Shown piece by piece: positions 28,391 through 37,197 of a stretch of 64,000 nucleotides of DNA. Both the position numbers and the translations under genes were made by a program. Positions within the stretch are counted from its first letter, which is position 1. Every line of letters begins with the position of its first letter. The notes below the pieces were generated by a model. That model was given only the letters and a program-made list of their open reading frames with translations. It did not search any database and was not told the DNA's origin. The stretch lies in contig CAVRCI010000008.1 of NCBI GenBank assembly GCA_963719495.1, positions 64,001-128,000 on the forward strand, given 5' to 3'. Source of the DNA: an uncultured Verrucomicrobiae bacterium. Lineage in GTDB: Bacteria > Verrucomicrobiota > Verrucomicrobiia > Chthoniobacterales > JAATET01.

Positions 28391-31134
28391 TCCGGCAGCG
28401 GCGCATTTCCACCGAGTTGATCGTGTGGTTTCTGTTGCTGGCGGTGGTCCCGCTGGGTTTCGGCACGTGGCTCAACTACTCGGCGTCGCGGCAGTTGCTG
28501 AGCGAGGTGATCGAAACGAACCTCGCTTCGATCGGTCAGCGGCAGGGTGGGCGCATCGAGGAGTATCTGCACGCGAAGGAGGAGAGCCTGACAGCGCTGG
28601 CCGACAGCGGGACTCCGGCGGAGGCGTTGAGACTCTTCGCCGAGGCGGTCGAGGCCTCGGGGGGGGCGACGAATTTCGCCTACCGGGTGGCGGTCGCGCG
28701 GCACAGCCGGTTGCTGGAGCGTTTTCGGATCGCGATGAATCTGGAGCAGGTCTATCTGGTGAATCCGAGCGGTCGGGTGGTGCTCACGGCCGGGGGGACG
28801 GGTGAACCGCTCGGCAACTTGCTGGAGCCGCCGTTGGCGGCAAGCGGACTGGGCGAAGCGGTCGAGACGAGCTTGATGACTCTGGGGACCGTGCAATCGC
28901 GGCTCGCTGTCTTCGAGCCGGATGGGCGCCCGGCGACGTTCTTTGCGACTCCGGTTTTTGCCGACGGGATTTTCATGGGGATTCTGGCCGTCCGGCTCGA
29001 TCTGGACGAGATCGACGAGGTGGTGACCGATCCGACCGGACTGGGCGAGACCGGCGAGATGGTGGTGGCGTCGATGGACGGTGATGCGGCGGTGCTGATG
29101 ACGCCGACCCGTCACGACCCGGACGCGGCGTTTGATCGTCGAATCGAATCGGGAGCCGAGGCGGGCAATGCGGTCGTCGCGGGCGCGCTTGGCCACCGCG
29201 GCGAAGGATTGGTGACCGACTACCGAGGGGTGGAGGTGCTGGCCGTGTGGCAATACCTGCCAGCGTTGCAGTGGGGGGTCGTGGTGAAGATCGACGCCGA
29301 CGAGGCGTTCGCTCCGGTGGCGACTCTGGCCCGGCTCGCGGTGGCGGTGGCGGTCGTCGCGGTGATCCTGGCCGCGCTGGCCGCGTGGTTCGTGGCGCGC
29401 TCGTTTTCGCAGCCGATCGAGGCGCTCACGCGGGCCGTCTCGGCGGTCTCGCGGGGACAACTCGACCGCTCGGTGAGGATCTCGACGCAAAACGAAATCG
29501 GACAGCTGGGCCGGGATTTCAACCGGATGACCTCGCAGCTGCGCGACATGGTGGAGACGATGGAGGAGCGGGTTCGCCAACGGACGGCGGAGCTCGCGGA
29601 CGCCCGCGACCAGGCCGAGGAGGCCAATCGGACCAAGAGCGCCTTCCTCGCGAACATGAGCCACGAATTGCGGACGCCGATGAACGCGATCATCGGCTAC
29701 AGCGAGATGCTCATCGAGGAGGCCGAGGATCTCGGGCAGGAGGATTTTGTGCCGGATCTGCGGAAGATTCAGGGTGCCGGGAAACACCTGCTGGAGCTGA
29801 TCAACGACGTGCTCGACCTCTCCAAGATCGAAGCGGGCAAGATGACGCTTTACCTCGAGGACTTCGAGATCGCGCCCATGCTGAGTGAGGTGATTTCGAC
29901 CGTGGAGACGCTGGTCGCGAAGAACGGGAACGCGCTCGAGTTGCGGATCGGCGAAGGTCTCGGGTCCATGCGGGCGGACCTCACCAAAGTGCGGCAGACC
30001 CTCTTCAACCTGCTGAGCAACGCGTCGAAATTCACCGAAAACGGGACAATCACGCTGACCGCCGAGCGCGGCGAGGGCGATCGGATCCGGCTGGGGGTCG
30101 CGGATACGGGTATCGGGATGACGCCCGGGCAGGTCGATAAGCTCTTCCGATCCTTCACCCAGGCCGACGAATCGACGACGCGCAAATACGGTGGAACCGG
30201 GCTCGGGCTCGTGATCAGCCGGGAGTTCTGCCGGATGATGGGTGGTGACATCACGGTGACGAGCGCGGCCGGCGAAGGGTCGACGTTTCTGGTCGACCTT
30301 CCGGCGGAGGTGATCGAGCTCACGGAGGACGCGGGCGAAACGTTGTCTGCGGGGTTGGACGCCGTGGTGCCGAACCCGGCGGGGCGGACGGTGTTGGTGA
30401 TCGACGACGACGGCGACACCCGGGAGTTGTATCGGAGGACGCTGGAAAAAAGCGGTTATCGCGTGCTGGTCGCGGCGGGTGGCGAGGCGGGGTTGGAGCT
30501 GGCGCGGTCCGGTCGGCCGGACGCCATCACGCTCGATGTGATGATGCCCGGGATGGACGGTTGGTCGGTGCTGTCGGCGCTGCGGTCCGATCCGGCCACG
30601 GCGGGGATCCCGGTGCTGATGGCGACGATGCTGCGGGATCAGCAGTTGGGATTTTCGCTCGGCGCGACCGATTATCTAACCAAACCGGTCGACGCCGGAC
30701 GTCTGCGCGACGTGATCGGACGCTACGTGGATCGCGGAATCGACGCGGCGTTGATCGTCGAGGACGACGCGGATAGTCGGGAAATGCTCCGGCGAATGCT
30801 CGAGAAGGCCGGGCTGGTCGTGCACGAAGCGGCTGATGGGCGGGAGGGGCTGGACGTGGCGCGGCGGGAGTCGCCGGGCGTGATTTTGTTGGATTTGATG
30901 ATGCCGGTGATGGATGGATTCGAGTTTCTGGCGTGCCTTCGGCGCGATGCGCGGTTAAATCAAATCCCGGTCGTGGTGGTGACAGCGAAGAACCTGTCGG
31001 CAACCGATCGCGAGAACCTGAACGGCGGCGTGCAATCGGTGATCCAGAAAGACGGGATGGATCGCGATCAGCTGCTCCGCGAAGTGTGTAAACTGCTGGC
31101 CCAGACCTCCGACCCGAACGCACCGAATGGCTAA
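28387..31134 (+). CDS. Hybrid sensor histidine kinase TM-dCache-TM-HAMP-HisKA-HATPase-REC-REC
   Basis: Probable start MIRQRRIS (ATGA overlap with urtA stop); periplasmic 'GLGETGE...[11 protein letters not shown]' Cache region; HAMP; '[16 protein letters not shown]'; 'YGGTGLGL'; two receiver domains. Confidence 0.9.
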   Translation: MIRQRRISTELIVWFLLLAVVPLGFGTWLNYSASRQLLSEVIETNLASIGQRQGGRIEEYLHAKEESLTALADSGTPAEALRLFAEAVEASGGATNFAYRVAVARHSRLLERFRIAMNLEQVYLVNPSGRVVLTAGGTGEPLGNLLEPPLAASGLGEAVETSLMTLGTVQSRLAVFEPDGRPATFFATPVFADGIFMGILAVRLDLDEIDEVVTDPTGLGETGEMVVASMDGDAAVLMTPTRHDPDAAFDRRIESGAEAGNAVVAGALGHRGEGLVTDYRGVEVLAVWQYLPALQWGVVVKIDADEAFAPVATLARLAVAVAVVAVILAALAAWFVARSFSQPIEALTRAVSAVSRGQLDRSVRISTQNEIGQLGRDFNRMTSQLRDMVETMEERVRQRTAELADARDQAEEANRTKSAFLANMSHELRTPMNAIIGYSEMLIEEAEDLGQEDFVPDLRKIQGAGKHLLELINDVLDLSKIEAGKMTLYLEDFEIAPMLSEVISTVETLVAKNGNALELRIGEGLGSMRADLTKVRQTLFNLLSNASKFTENGTITLTAERGEGDRIRLGVADTGIGMTPGQVDKLFRSFTQADESTTRKYGGTGLGLVISREFCRMMGGDITVTSAAGEGSTFLVDLPAEVIELTEDAGETLSAGLDAVVPNPAGRTVLVIDDDGDTRELYRRTLEKSGYRVLVAAGGEAGLELARSGRPDAITLDVMMPGMDGWSVLSALRSDPATAGIPVLMATMLRDQQLGFSLGATDYLTKPVDAGRLRDVIGRYVDRGIDAALIVEDDADSREMLRRMLEKAGLVVHEAADGREGLDVARRESPGVILLDLMMPVMDGFEFLACLRRDARLNQIPVVVVTAKNLSATDRENLNGGVQSVIQKDGMDRDQLLREVCKLLAQTSDPNAPNG

Positions 31135-31507
31135 AATTCTCCTCGTCGAAGACAACGAAATGAATCGCGACATGCTGAGCCGCCGGCTCGCGCGCCGCGA
31201 CCACGAGGTGCTCATCGCCGTCGATGGTCAGGAGGGCGTCGACCGGGCGACCGCCGAGAAGCCGGACATCATCCTGATGGACATGAGTCTGCCGGTGATC
31301 GACGGCTGGGAGGCGACGCGGCGCTTGAAGGCCGACGAGGCGACCCGGGGCATCCCGGTGATCGCGCTCACGGCGCACGCGATGGCGGGGGACCGGGAGA
31401 AAACGATGGAAGCCGGGTGCGACGACTACGACACCAAGCCGATCGATCTGCCGCGGCTGCTCGAGAAAATTGCGACGCAACTGGCGAGGGTCGGCGGCGG
31501 GACATGA
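31127..31507 (+). CDS. Single-domain response regulator (DivK/CheY-like)
   Basis: '[19 protein letters not shown]...[15 protein letters not shown]...ALTAHAM...DTKPID'. Confidence 0.92.
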   Translation: MAKILLVEDNEMNRDMLSRRLARRDHEVLIAVDGQEGVDRATAEKPDIILMDMSLPVIDGWEATRRLKADEATRGIPVIALTAHAMAGDREKTMEAGCDDYDTKPIDLPRLLEKIATQLARVGGGT

Positions 31508-32994
31508 ACGATAGCCCCGACGCGCTGGCGACGCTGCGGCACGAGCTGCGGACGCCGATCAATCACATCATGGGCTACGGCGAAATGGTCGCCGAAGAAC
31601 TGGCGGATCTGGGCCGGGAGGATTTGGTCGCGGATCTCGGAAAAGTGCGGATGGCGGCGAAGCGTTTGCTGGAATTGATCGACCTCAATCTGCGGGAGGA
31701 CGGCGTCTTGGGTGGGGGAGTGGCGGCTTTGCCGCGGGTGGTGACGAGTCCTGAGCTGGAAGCTCAGGACGGCGACCTGGAAGGTCGCGCTCCCCGGGCA
31801 GCTCAGGACGGCGACCTGGAAGGTCGCGGTCCCCTCGATGCTGGCGCGTCCGGGGAGGGGCATTTGTTGGTGGTGGATGACGACGAGGGCAATCGGCGGA
31901 TTCTCTCGCGGCGGCTCACTCGGGAAGGCTATTCCGTCGTCGAAGCGGCGGACGGGGAAGAGGCGCTGTCGATCCTGCGCGAGCAGGAGTTCGACGTGGT
32001 TCTCCTGGACGTGATGATGCCGAAGGTGGACGGGAGCACGGCGCTGCTGCGGATGAAGGAGGATGAGGCCCTGCGTCACATCCCGGTGATCATGATCTCG
32101 GCGTTGGACGAGATCGGTAGCGTGGTTCGGTGCATCGAGGGGGGCGCGGAGGATTACCTGCCGAAGCCGTTCAACCCGACCCTGTTGCGGGCGCGGCTCG
32201 GCGCGAGTCTGGAGAAAAAGCGGTTCCGCGACCAGGAACGGACTTATCTGCGGACGATCGAGGAGACGCAGGCGCGGCTGTCGGACGAGCTGCACGAGGC
32301 GGCGAATTACGTGCGGTCGATCATCCCGGCGCCGATGTCGGAACCGTTCAAGATCGATTGGAGCTACGAGCCGTCCGGCGAGCTGGGTGGCGACGCGTTT
32401 GGTTACCATTGGATCGACGACGAACACTTCGCGATCTATCTGCTCGACGTGTGCGGGCACGGGGTCGGCGCGGCGTTGCTGTCGGTGACGGCGATCAACG
32501 TGATTCGCTCGGGTTCGCTGGCGAGCACGGATTTCCGGAAGCCCGGAGAGGTGCTTGGTGCGCTGAATAACGCGTTTCTGATGGAGAATCAGAACAACAT
32601 GTACTTCACGATCTGGTATGGCGTCGTGCATGCTCCGACGAAGCGGATGCGCTACGCGAGCGGCGGTCACCCGCCGTCGTTGCTGTTGCGGGCGGACGGT
32701 GGGGCCGAGCAGATCCGGACCCGGGGCATGATGATCGGGGCGATGGAGGGGATGAAATTCGAGGATGCCGAGGTGGAGCTTCGGACGGGAGATCGGTTGA
32801 TCGTGCTGTGCGACGGGACTTACGAGGTGACCCGGGCCGATGGAACGATGATTGATTTCGAGGACTTCGAGGCGGCCATGATCGAGCGGGCGGCGGATCC
32901 GGCGGGGCTGGAAGGATTGCTGGCGTGGGTGCACGAGTTGCGGGCGGGGCAGCCGCTGCAGGATGATTTCTCGATTGTGAGGGTGGAATTTTGA
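31504..32994 (+). CDS. HisKA-REC-PP2C (SpoIIE/RsbU-type) phosphatase
   Basis: Start MNDSPD (ATGA overlap); 'RHELRTPINHIMG'; REC 'LLDVMMP...PKPF'; PP2C 'LGGDAF', 'DVCGHGVGAA', 'CDGTYE', 'QDDFS'. Confidence 0.88.
   Translation: MNDSPDALATLRHELRTPINHIMGYGEMVAEELADLGREDLVADLGKVRMAAKRLLELIDLNLREDGVLGGGVAALPRVVTSPELEAQDGDLEGRAPRAAQDGDLEGRGPLDAGASGEGHLLVVDDDEGNRRILSRRLTREGYSVVEAADGEEALSILREQEFDVVLLDVMMPKVDGSTALLRMKEDEALRHIPVIMISALDEIGSVVRCIEGGAEDYLPKPFNPTLLRARLGASLEKKRFRDQERTYLRTIEETQARLSDELHEAANYVRSIIPAPMSEPFKIDWSYEPSGELGGDAFGYHWIDDEHFAIYLLDVCGHGVGAALLSVTAINVIRSGSLASTDFRKPGEVLGALNNAFLMENQNNMYFTIWYGVVHAPTKRMRYASGGHPPSLLLRADGGAEQIRTRGMMIGAMEGMKFEDAEVELRTGDRLIVLCDGTYEVTRADGTMIDFEDFEAAMIERAADPAGLEGLLAWVHELRAGQPLQDDFSIVRVEF
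31762..31828. repeat. Two direct copies (39-bp period) of a REP-like hairpin GCGACC-TGGAA-GGTCGC inside the phosphatase gene
   Basis: gctcaggacggcgacctggaaggtcgcg at 31762 and 31801; translates AQDGDLEGR twice. Confidence 0.8.
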
Positions 32995-33422
32995 GCGCGA
33001 AAGAGATTCGGGTGAGCATGGTGAACACGTTCGAGGCGTTCGTGCCGCTGAGCCGGAAAGTGTCGGAATTCCTGAGCGCGAACGACGTGCCGATGAACGT
33101 GATCTTTGCCGCCGAGTTGGCGATGGAGGAGCTTGTCACGAATACGCTGAAATACGGTTACGACGACGAGGCCGAGCACGAGATCGAGGTGGTGGCGCGG
33201 CTCGATGGGGAAACGCTGACGCTGGTCGTCGCGGACGACGGGCATGAGTTCGATCCGCTGGCGGAGACGGAGCCGGACGTGAACGCTTCGGCGGAGGATC
33301 GGGAGATCGGGGGTTTGGGGATCTTTCTGCTGAAGAACTCGCTGACGGAGCTGCGCTACGAGCGGGTTGGTGGGCGGAACGTGGTGACGGCGGTGAAGGC
33401 ACTCGTCGAAGATGGTGGGTGA
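32991..33422 (+). CDS. RsbW/SpoIIAB-type anti-sigma factor (HATPase_c_2 serine kinase)
   Basis: 'ELAMEELVTNTLKYGY', 'DDGHEFDPL', 'REIGGLGIFLL'; TTG start overlapping the phosphatase stop. Confidence 0.88.
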   Translation: MSAKEIRVSMVNTFEAFVPLSRKVSEFLSANDVPMNVIFAAELAMEELVTNTLKYGYDDEAEHEIEVVARLDGETLTLVVADDGHEFDPLAETEPDVNASAEDREIGGLGIFLLKNSLTELRYERVGGRNVVTAVKALVEDGG

Positions 33423-33477
33423 TGACATTTCGGCGTGGGTGGGGTGCCGATCCCGAAGGGATCGTGCGTCCTTTACC

Positions 33478-33584
33478 TGTCATGTTGAGCGAAGCGAAAC
33501 ATCTCTGGCTTCTCATCGTATTCTTGGCGTGGCGGACGGTTGGGTAGTGTAAGTCAGAGATGCTTCGCTTCGCTCAGCATGACA
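33478..33584. repeat. Inverted pair of 30-bp palindromic elements (TGTCATGCTGAGCGAAGCGAAGCATCTCTG type)
   Basis: 33478-33507 and 33555-33584 are reverse complements with two mismatches; a partial copy lies at about 51120-51140. Confidence 0.85.
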
Positions 33585-33661
33585 AGGGGGGGATGCGGGG
33601 GCTGTGGGCGTGTTTGATTGTTTTGTCTGGATGCGGCCATGGTGCCTGCAAGGATGCGCTC

Positions 33662-34072
33662 ATGGCGAAGCGGTGTTGGTTGGTGAAGCAGGAGCCCGAG
33701 GATTACTCGTGGGATGATTTCACCCGGGATGGGGGGACGGCTTGGACCGGGGTTCGGAATTTTCAGGCGCGGATCAATCTGCGGGCAATGGCGGTGGGCG
33801 ACGCGGTGCTTTTCTACCACAGCGGGAAGGTGCGGGCGGTCGTCGGGATCGCGGAGGTCGCCCAAGGGGCTTACCCTGACCCCACGGCGACCGAAGGAGA
33901 GTGGGTGTGCGTCGACCTGAAACCGAAGAAGGCTCTGAAGCAGGCAGTCACGCTTGCGACCGTCAAATCGCAGGACTCGCTGGCGCAAATCGCGCTGGTC
34001 CGCCAGTCGCGACTGAGCGTGATGCCGCTCGAGGCGGGGGAATTTCGTGAGCTGGTTGCTCTCGGGAGCTGA
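33662..34072 (+). CDS. EVE domain protein
   Basis: Start MAKRCWLVKQEPEDYSWD; 'WTGVRNFQARINLRAMAVGDAVLFYHS', 'RQSRLSVMP'. Confidence 0.92.
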   Translation: MAKRCWLVKQEPEDYSWDDFTRDGGTAWTGVRNFQARINLRAMAVGDAVLFYHSGKVRAVVGIAEVAQGAYPDPTATEGEWVCVDLKPKKALKQAVTLATVKSQDSLAQIALVRQSRLSVMPLEAGEFRELVALGS

Positions 34073-34084
34073 ACCCACCGGAGT

Positions 34085-35164
34085 TCAGCGGGGATCGAGG
34101 GATTCGGCTGAAGCGCCTCCCGCGTTGCCCGGCGAATCGAGCTGGAAGCGGGGGATGTCGTTGACGAAAGGATCCTGATCCTCGGAAAGCGGTCGACTGA
34201 GAGTTGGATGGTGGGCTGCGCGGAAGGGAAGGGTCAGTTCCTTTCCCGCGCGGCGGACGACGATGGAACTTTCGTCTCCGGCGGTCAGGAAGAACGACGC
34301 ATCGATCAAATCTTCCGGGGCGCGCACCGGGATGTCGCCGACTTGGAGGACGATGTCGCCGTTCTCGAGCCCGCTCTCGGACGCCGGGGTGTCGTTGTGC
34401 AGATTGGCGACGCGGGCGGTCGACGGAAGGTCGGGATCGGTGGCGCGCTCGACCGAGACGCCGGCCCAGCCGGGGCGGAGTTCGCCGAAGCGCTCGAATT
34501 CCATCCGCGACTTCTCGGCGGCGTTGATCGGGAGCATGAAGCAGCCAGCGTTGCCGTCGACGCCGGCGACAACGATGCCGACGACCTTACCGGCGAGATT
34601 CATCACCGGAGCGCCGCCGACGCCGCGTTGGACGGGGAGGTTGGCTCGGATGTGGGTGGTGCGGAAGTAGCGGTTGAGGTATTCGCGGTCGAAGCCGGCG
34701 ACGACTCCGAAACTCGGCGTCTCGGGCAAGCCCATGGGGTAGCCGATGGACACGATCGGGGTGGCCATCTCGACTTCCGACGAGTCGCCGATTGGGAGGA
34801 AGGGCGTGTTGGCGTCGACTTTGAGGATCGCGATGCCGGTGCGGGGGTCGGCGATGAGGAGGCGGGCGGGGAGCTTTCGCTGGCCTTGGTGGACGGTGAT
34901 GTTCTCGCCGTCGCCGACGGCGACCGTAAGCGTGTAGACGGTGCCGGACGGGTCGGCGTAGAATCCGGTGCCTTCGAGCCGCCCGTGTCGGTCGGAGCCC
35001 TCGATCCGGACGACGGCGTCCTTGTGAAGGCCGAAAAGGTGCTGAACTTGAGCGGAGATCGAGTCCGCGAGGGAGGTTTCCTGAGCGCTGAGCAAGCCAA
35101 CCGACGCGGTCAGGAGGACGACCGGCGCGAGCCACAGATCGAGCTTGAGGCGACGGCTTCGCAA
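34085..35164 (-). CDS. HtrA/DegS-like trypsin-fold plus PDZ protein, catalytic triad absent (pseudoprotease)
   Basis: S1C fold motifs GTGF, 'IGDS..V', 'IGYPMGL', PDZ 'PASESGLENGDIVLQV'; His, Asp and Ser positions are substituted. Confidence 0.8.
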   Translation of the reverse strand: MRSRRLKLDLWLAPVVLLTASVGLLSAQETSLADSISAQVQHLFGLHKDAVVRIEGSDRHGRLEGTGFYADPSGTVYTLTVAVGDGENITVHQGQRKLPARLLIADPRTGIAILKVDANTPFLPIGDSSEVEMATPIVSIGYPMGLPETPSFGVVAGFDREYLNRYFRTTHIRANLPVQRGVGGAPVMNLAGKVVGIVVAGVDGNAGCFMLPINAAEKSRMEFERFGELRPGWAGVSVERATDPDLPSTARVANLHNDTPASESGLENGDIVLQVGDIPVRAPEDLIDASFFLTAGDESSIVVRRAGKELTLPFRAAHHPTLSRPLSEDQDPFVNDIPRFQLDSPGNAGGASAESLDPR

Positions 35165-35168
35165 ATCC

Positions 35169-35585
35169 TTAAAAACTGAACGGTCGATCGTTGGAGACCG
35201 GGCGGCTTTCGAGCACGTAGCTCGGTGGCAGGTCGGCCCCGGTCGACACAGCGGCGACCGGGACGCTCAGCGGAGCCGGCGTCGTGAACGACTGGGTGAC
35301 GAATTTCGGGGCGTTGGAGCTTTCGTCCTGACCGGAGATGAGAAGAGTGGTGGCGCCAACGGCGACCGCGACGATCGACGCGTAGGCCATGCTCGGGACG
35401 CGGAATCCGTCGAGCCACGCGCTCGCGCGGTCCCGGAGGATCTCCCACGTGGGGCGGCGGAGCATCTCGTTGCGCTGGCGACGTTGGAAATCGAGGAGGA
35501 AGTCCTCGAAGTAATCTTCGTGGGGCGGGGCCACGTCGCGGCGCTGGCGAAGGAGTTTCTGGACTTCGGTCGGGTCGATTTTCAT
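35169..35585 (-). CDS. Putative anti-sigma factor (single TM)
   Basis: Directly downstream of ECF sigma; N-terminal 'PPHEDYFEDFLLDFQRRQR', one hydrophobic helix. Confidence 0.65.
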   Translation of the reverse strand: MKIDPTEVQKLLRQRRDVAPPHEDYFEDFLLDFQRRQRNEMLRRPTWEILRDRASAWLDGFRVPSMAYASIVAVAVGATTLLISGQDESSNAPKFVTQSFTTPAPLSVPVAAVSTGADLPPSYVLESRPVSNDRPFSF

Positions 35586-35591
35586 GTGGAT

Positions 35592-36182
35592 TTAAGCTCC
35601 TCTAAATTCTTCCAAGTAACTTTGCAACTGGCGATGGGCGTAAAACAAACGGGAACGCACGGTGCCTTCCGAGATTTTGAGGATCTTCGCAATCTCGGCG
35701 TGTGGCATTCCCTGGATGTCGAACATCGTAACCACGGCTCTGTGATCGTGAGACAGCTTCTGTAGGGACTCGTTCAATCTTTTTTGAAGTTCGGACAGTC
35801 CGGCTTCGCGGCGGGGGTCGGTGTTCGACGTGGCTTCGATAAAATCGGGGTTGTTCGCGATGAAGGATTCTTCGTCGTCGAGGCTGGGGCCACGGCGGCG
35901 GTTGCGCTTCTTGAGGAAGTTGATCGTCATGTTCATGCCGATCGTGTGGATCCAGGTGTAGAAACTGGATTGCTGACGGAAGCCTTTGATGGATCGGAAG
36001 GCCTTGGCGAAAACGTCCTGGAGGAGGTCGTTGGTGTCCTCGTGGTTGGAGGTCATGTTGTAGACCAAGCCGTAGAGCCGGGGGCTGTAGCGGGTGACGA
36101 GGACGTCGAAAGCCGTGGCGTCACCGTCCTTGGTGCGGCGCACGAGGTCGTCGTCCGGGGTCTCGTCGATGGGTTCGTCCAC
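35592..36182 (-). CDS. ECF RNA polymerase sigma factor (RpoE-like)
   Basis: Probable GTG start at 36182; 'DDDLVRR..DGDATAFDVLV', 'FRQQSSFYTWIHTI', 'EIAKILKISEGTVRSRLFYA'. Confidence 0.92.
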   Translation of the reverse strand: MDEPIDETPDDDLVRRTKDGDATAFDVLVTRYSPRLYGLVYNMTSNHEDTNDLLQDVFAKAFRSIKGFRQQSSFYTWIHTIGMNMTINFLKKRNRRRGPSLDDEESFIANNPDFIEATSNTDPRREAGLSELQKRLNESLQKLSHDHRAVVTMFDIQGMPHAEIAKILKISEGTVRSRLFYAHRQLQSYLEEFRGA

Positions 36183-36255
36183 TGGAAAAGGCGGGGACCG
36201 TAGCAGGGAATCCCAATTTCCGAAATCCGGAATGAGAGCAATTTCCCACCCCACC

Positions 36256-36307
36256 CCCCCCCATGCAAAACTTCGATGCGGCCGCATCGAAGTTTTGCAT
36301 GGGGGGG
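36256..36307. repeat. Perfect 52-bp palindrome with no spacer
   Basis: cccccccatgcaaaacttcgatgcgg|ccgcatcgaagttttgcatggggggg, immediately after the PNP stop codon. Confidence 0.9.
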
Positions 36308-36308
36308 A

Positions 36309-37100
36309 TCAGGGTAATTGGGGGAGGGTGGTTTGGAGGAGTTCGATGAGGGTATGGGCGGCGTTGCGGCCGGTGTCGGTGACTTCTTCGTGGCTGAGGG
36401 GATTGGCAGTGATGCCGGCGGCCCAGTTGGTGAGGCAGGAGAAGGCGACGACTTCGAGACCGAGGGCTCGGGCCTGGATGGCTTCGGGGACGGTGGACAT
36501 GCCGACGGCGTCGGCTCCGAGGGTGCGGAGCATGCGGATCTCGGCGGGGGTCTCGTATTGGGGGCCGGGGAGGCTGGCGTAGACGCCTTCGTGGAGGGTG
36601 AGGTCGAGGGACTTCGCCTCGGCGCGGAAGGTGGCGCGGAGGTCGGCGTCGTAGGTTTCGGTGAGGTCGATGAAGTTCGGGCCGCCGGTGAGGGGGGATT
36701 GGCCGGAGAGGTTGAGGTGGTCGGTGAGCATCATCCACGTGCCGGGTGGGTGGTCGGGGTGGAGGGTGCCGGCGGCGTTGGTGAGGATGATGCGCTCGAC
36801 GCCTGCGGCGTGGAGGAGGCGGACGGAAGTGGCGACCTCGGCGGCGGTCCAGCCTTCGTAGAGGTGGACGCGGCCCTGGGCCACGATGAGCGGGGTGTCG
36901 CCGAGGCGGCCGACGGCGTACTGGCCAACGTGGCCGGGGACGGTGGAGGCGGGGTGTCCCGGGATGGTGTCGAAGGGGATCCGGGCGTCGATGGTGAGGG
37001 CGTCGACGAAGGGGTTGAGGCCGGAGCCGAGGACGATGGCGGTGCGCGCGGGGCTCGCGGCCAGGGCGGGGGGGGTGGGTGGGGTTTGGGTGGTGGGCAT
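36309..37100 (-). CDS. punA: Purine nucleoside phosphorylase (trimeric PunA/XapA type)
   Basis: 'IVLGSGL', 'STVPGH', 'QGRVHLYEG', 'LTNAAG', 'GPQYETPAE', 'VGMSTVPE', 'TNWAAG...LSHEEV'; ATG at 37100. Confidence 0.92.
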   Translation of the reverse strand: MPTTQTPPTPPALAASPARTAIVLGSGLNPFVDALTIDARIPFDTIPGHPASTVPGHVGQYAVGRLGDTPLIVAQGRVHLYEGWTAAEVATSVRLLHAAGVERIILTNAAGTLHPDHPPGTWMMLTDHLNLSGQSPLTGGPNFIDLTETYDADLRATFRAEAKSLDLTLHEGVYASLPGPQYETPAEIRMLRTLGADAVGMSTVPEAIQARALGLEVVAFSCLTNWAAGITANPLSHEEVTDTGRNAAHTLIELLQTTLPQLP

Positions 37101-37140
37101 AATTGGCGCTGGAGATTTGAGGCTACGGCTCAGGGTTGGG

Positions 37141-37172
37141 TCGGCGATTGAAAATCGCCGCTCCTTGAAAGG
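37141..37172. repeat. REP-like palindrome (CGGCGATTG.AAATCGCCGCTCCTTG family)
   Basis: Near-identical copy at 49129-49160, partial copy at 47404-47426, variant at 47463-47489. Confidence 0.8.
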
Positions 37173-37197
37173 AGGTATTCCACTCAACTCTCAACTT

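Noticed and set aside
33662..34072. EVE protein as an anti-phage defence component
   Set aside because: Stand-alone EVE with no adjacent nuclease or toxin; ordinary context.
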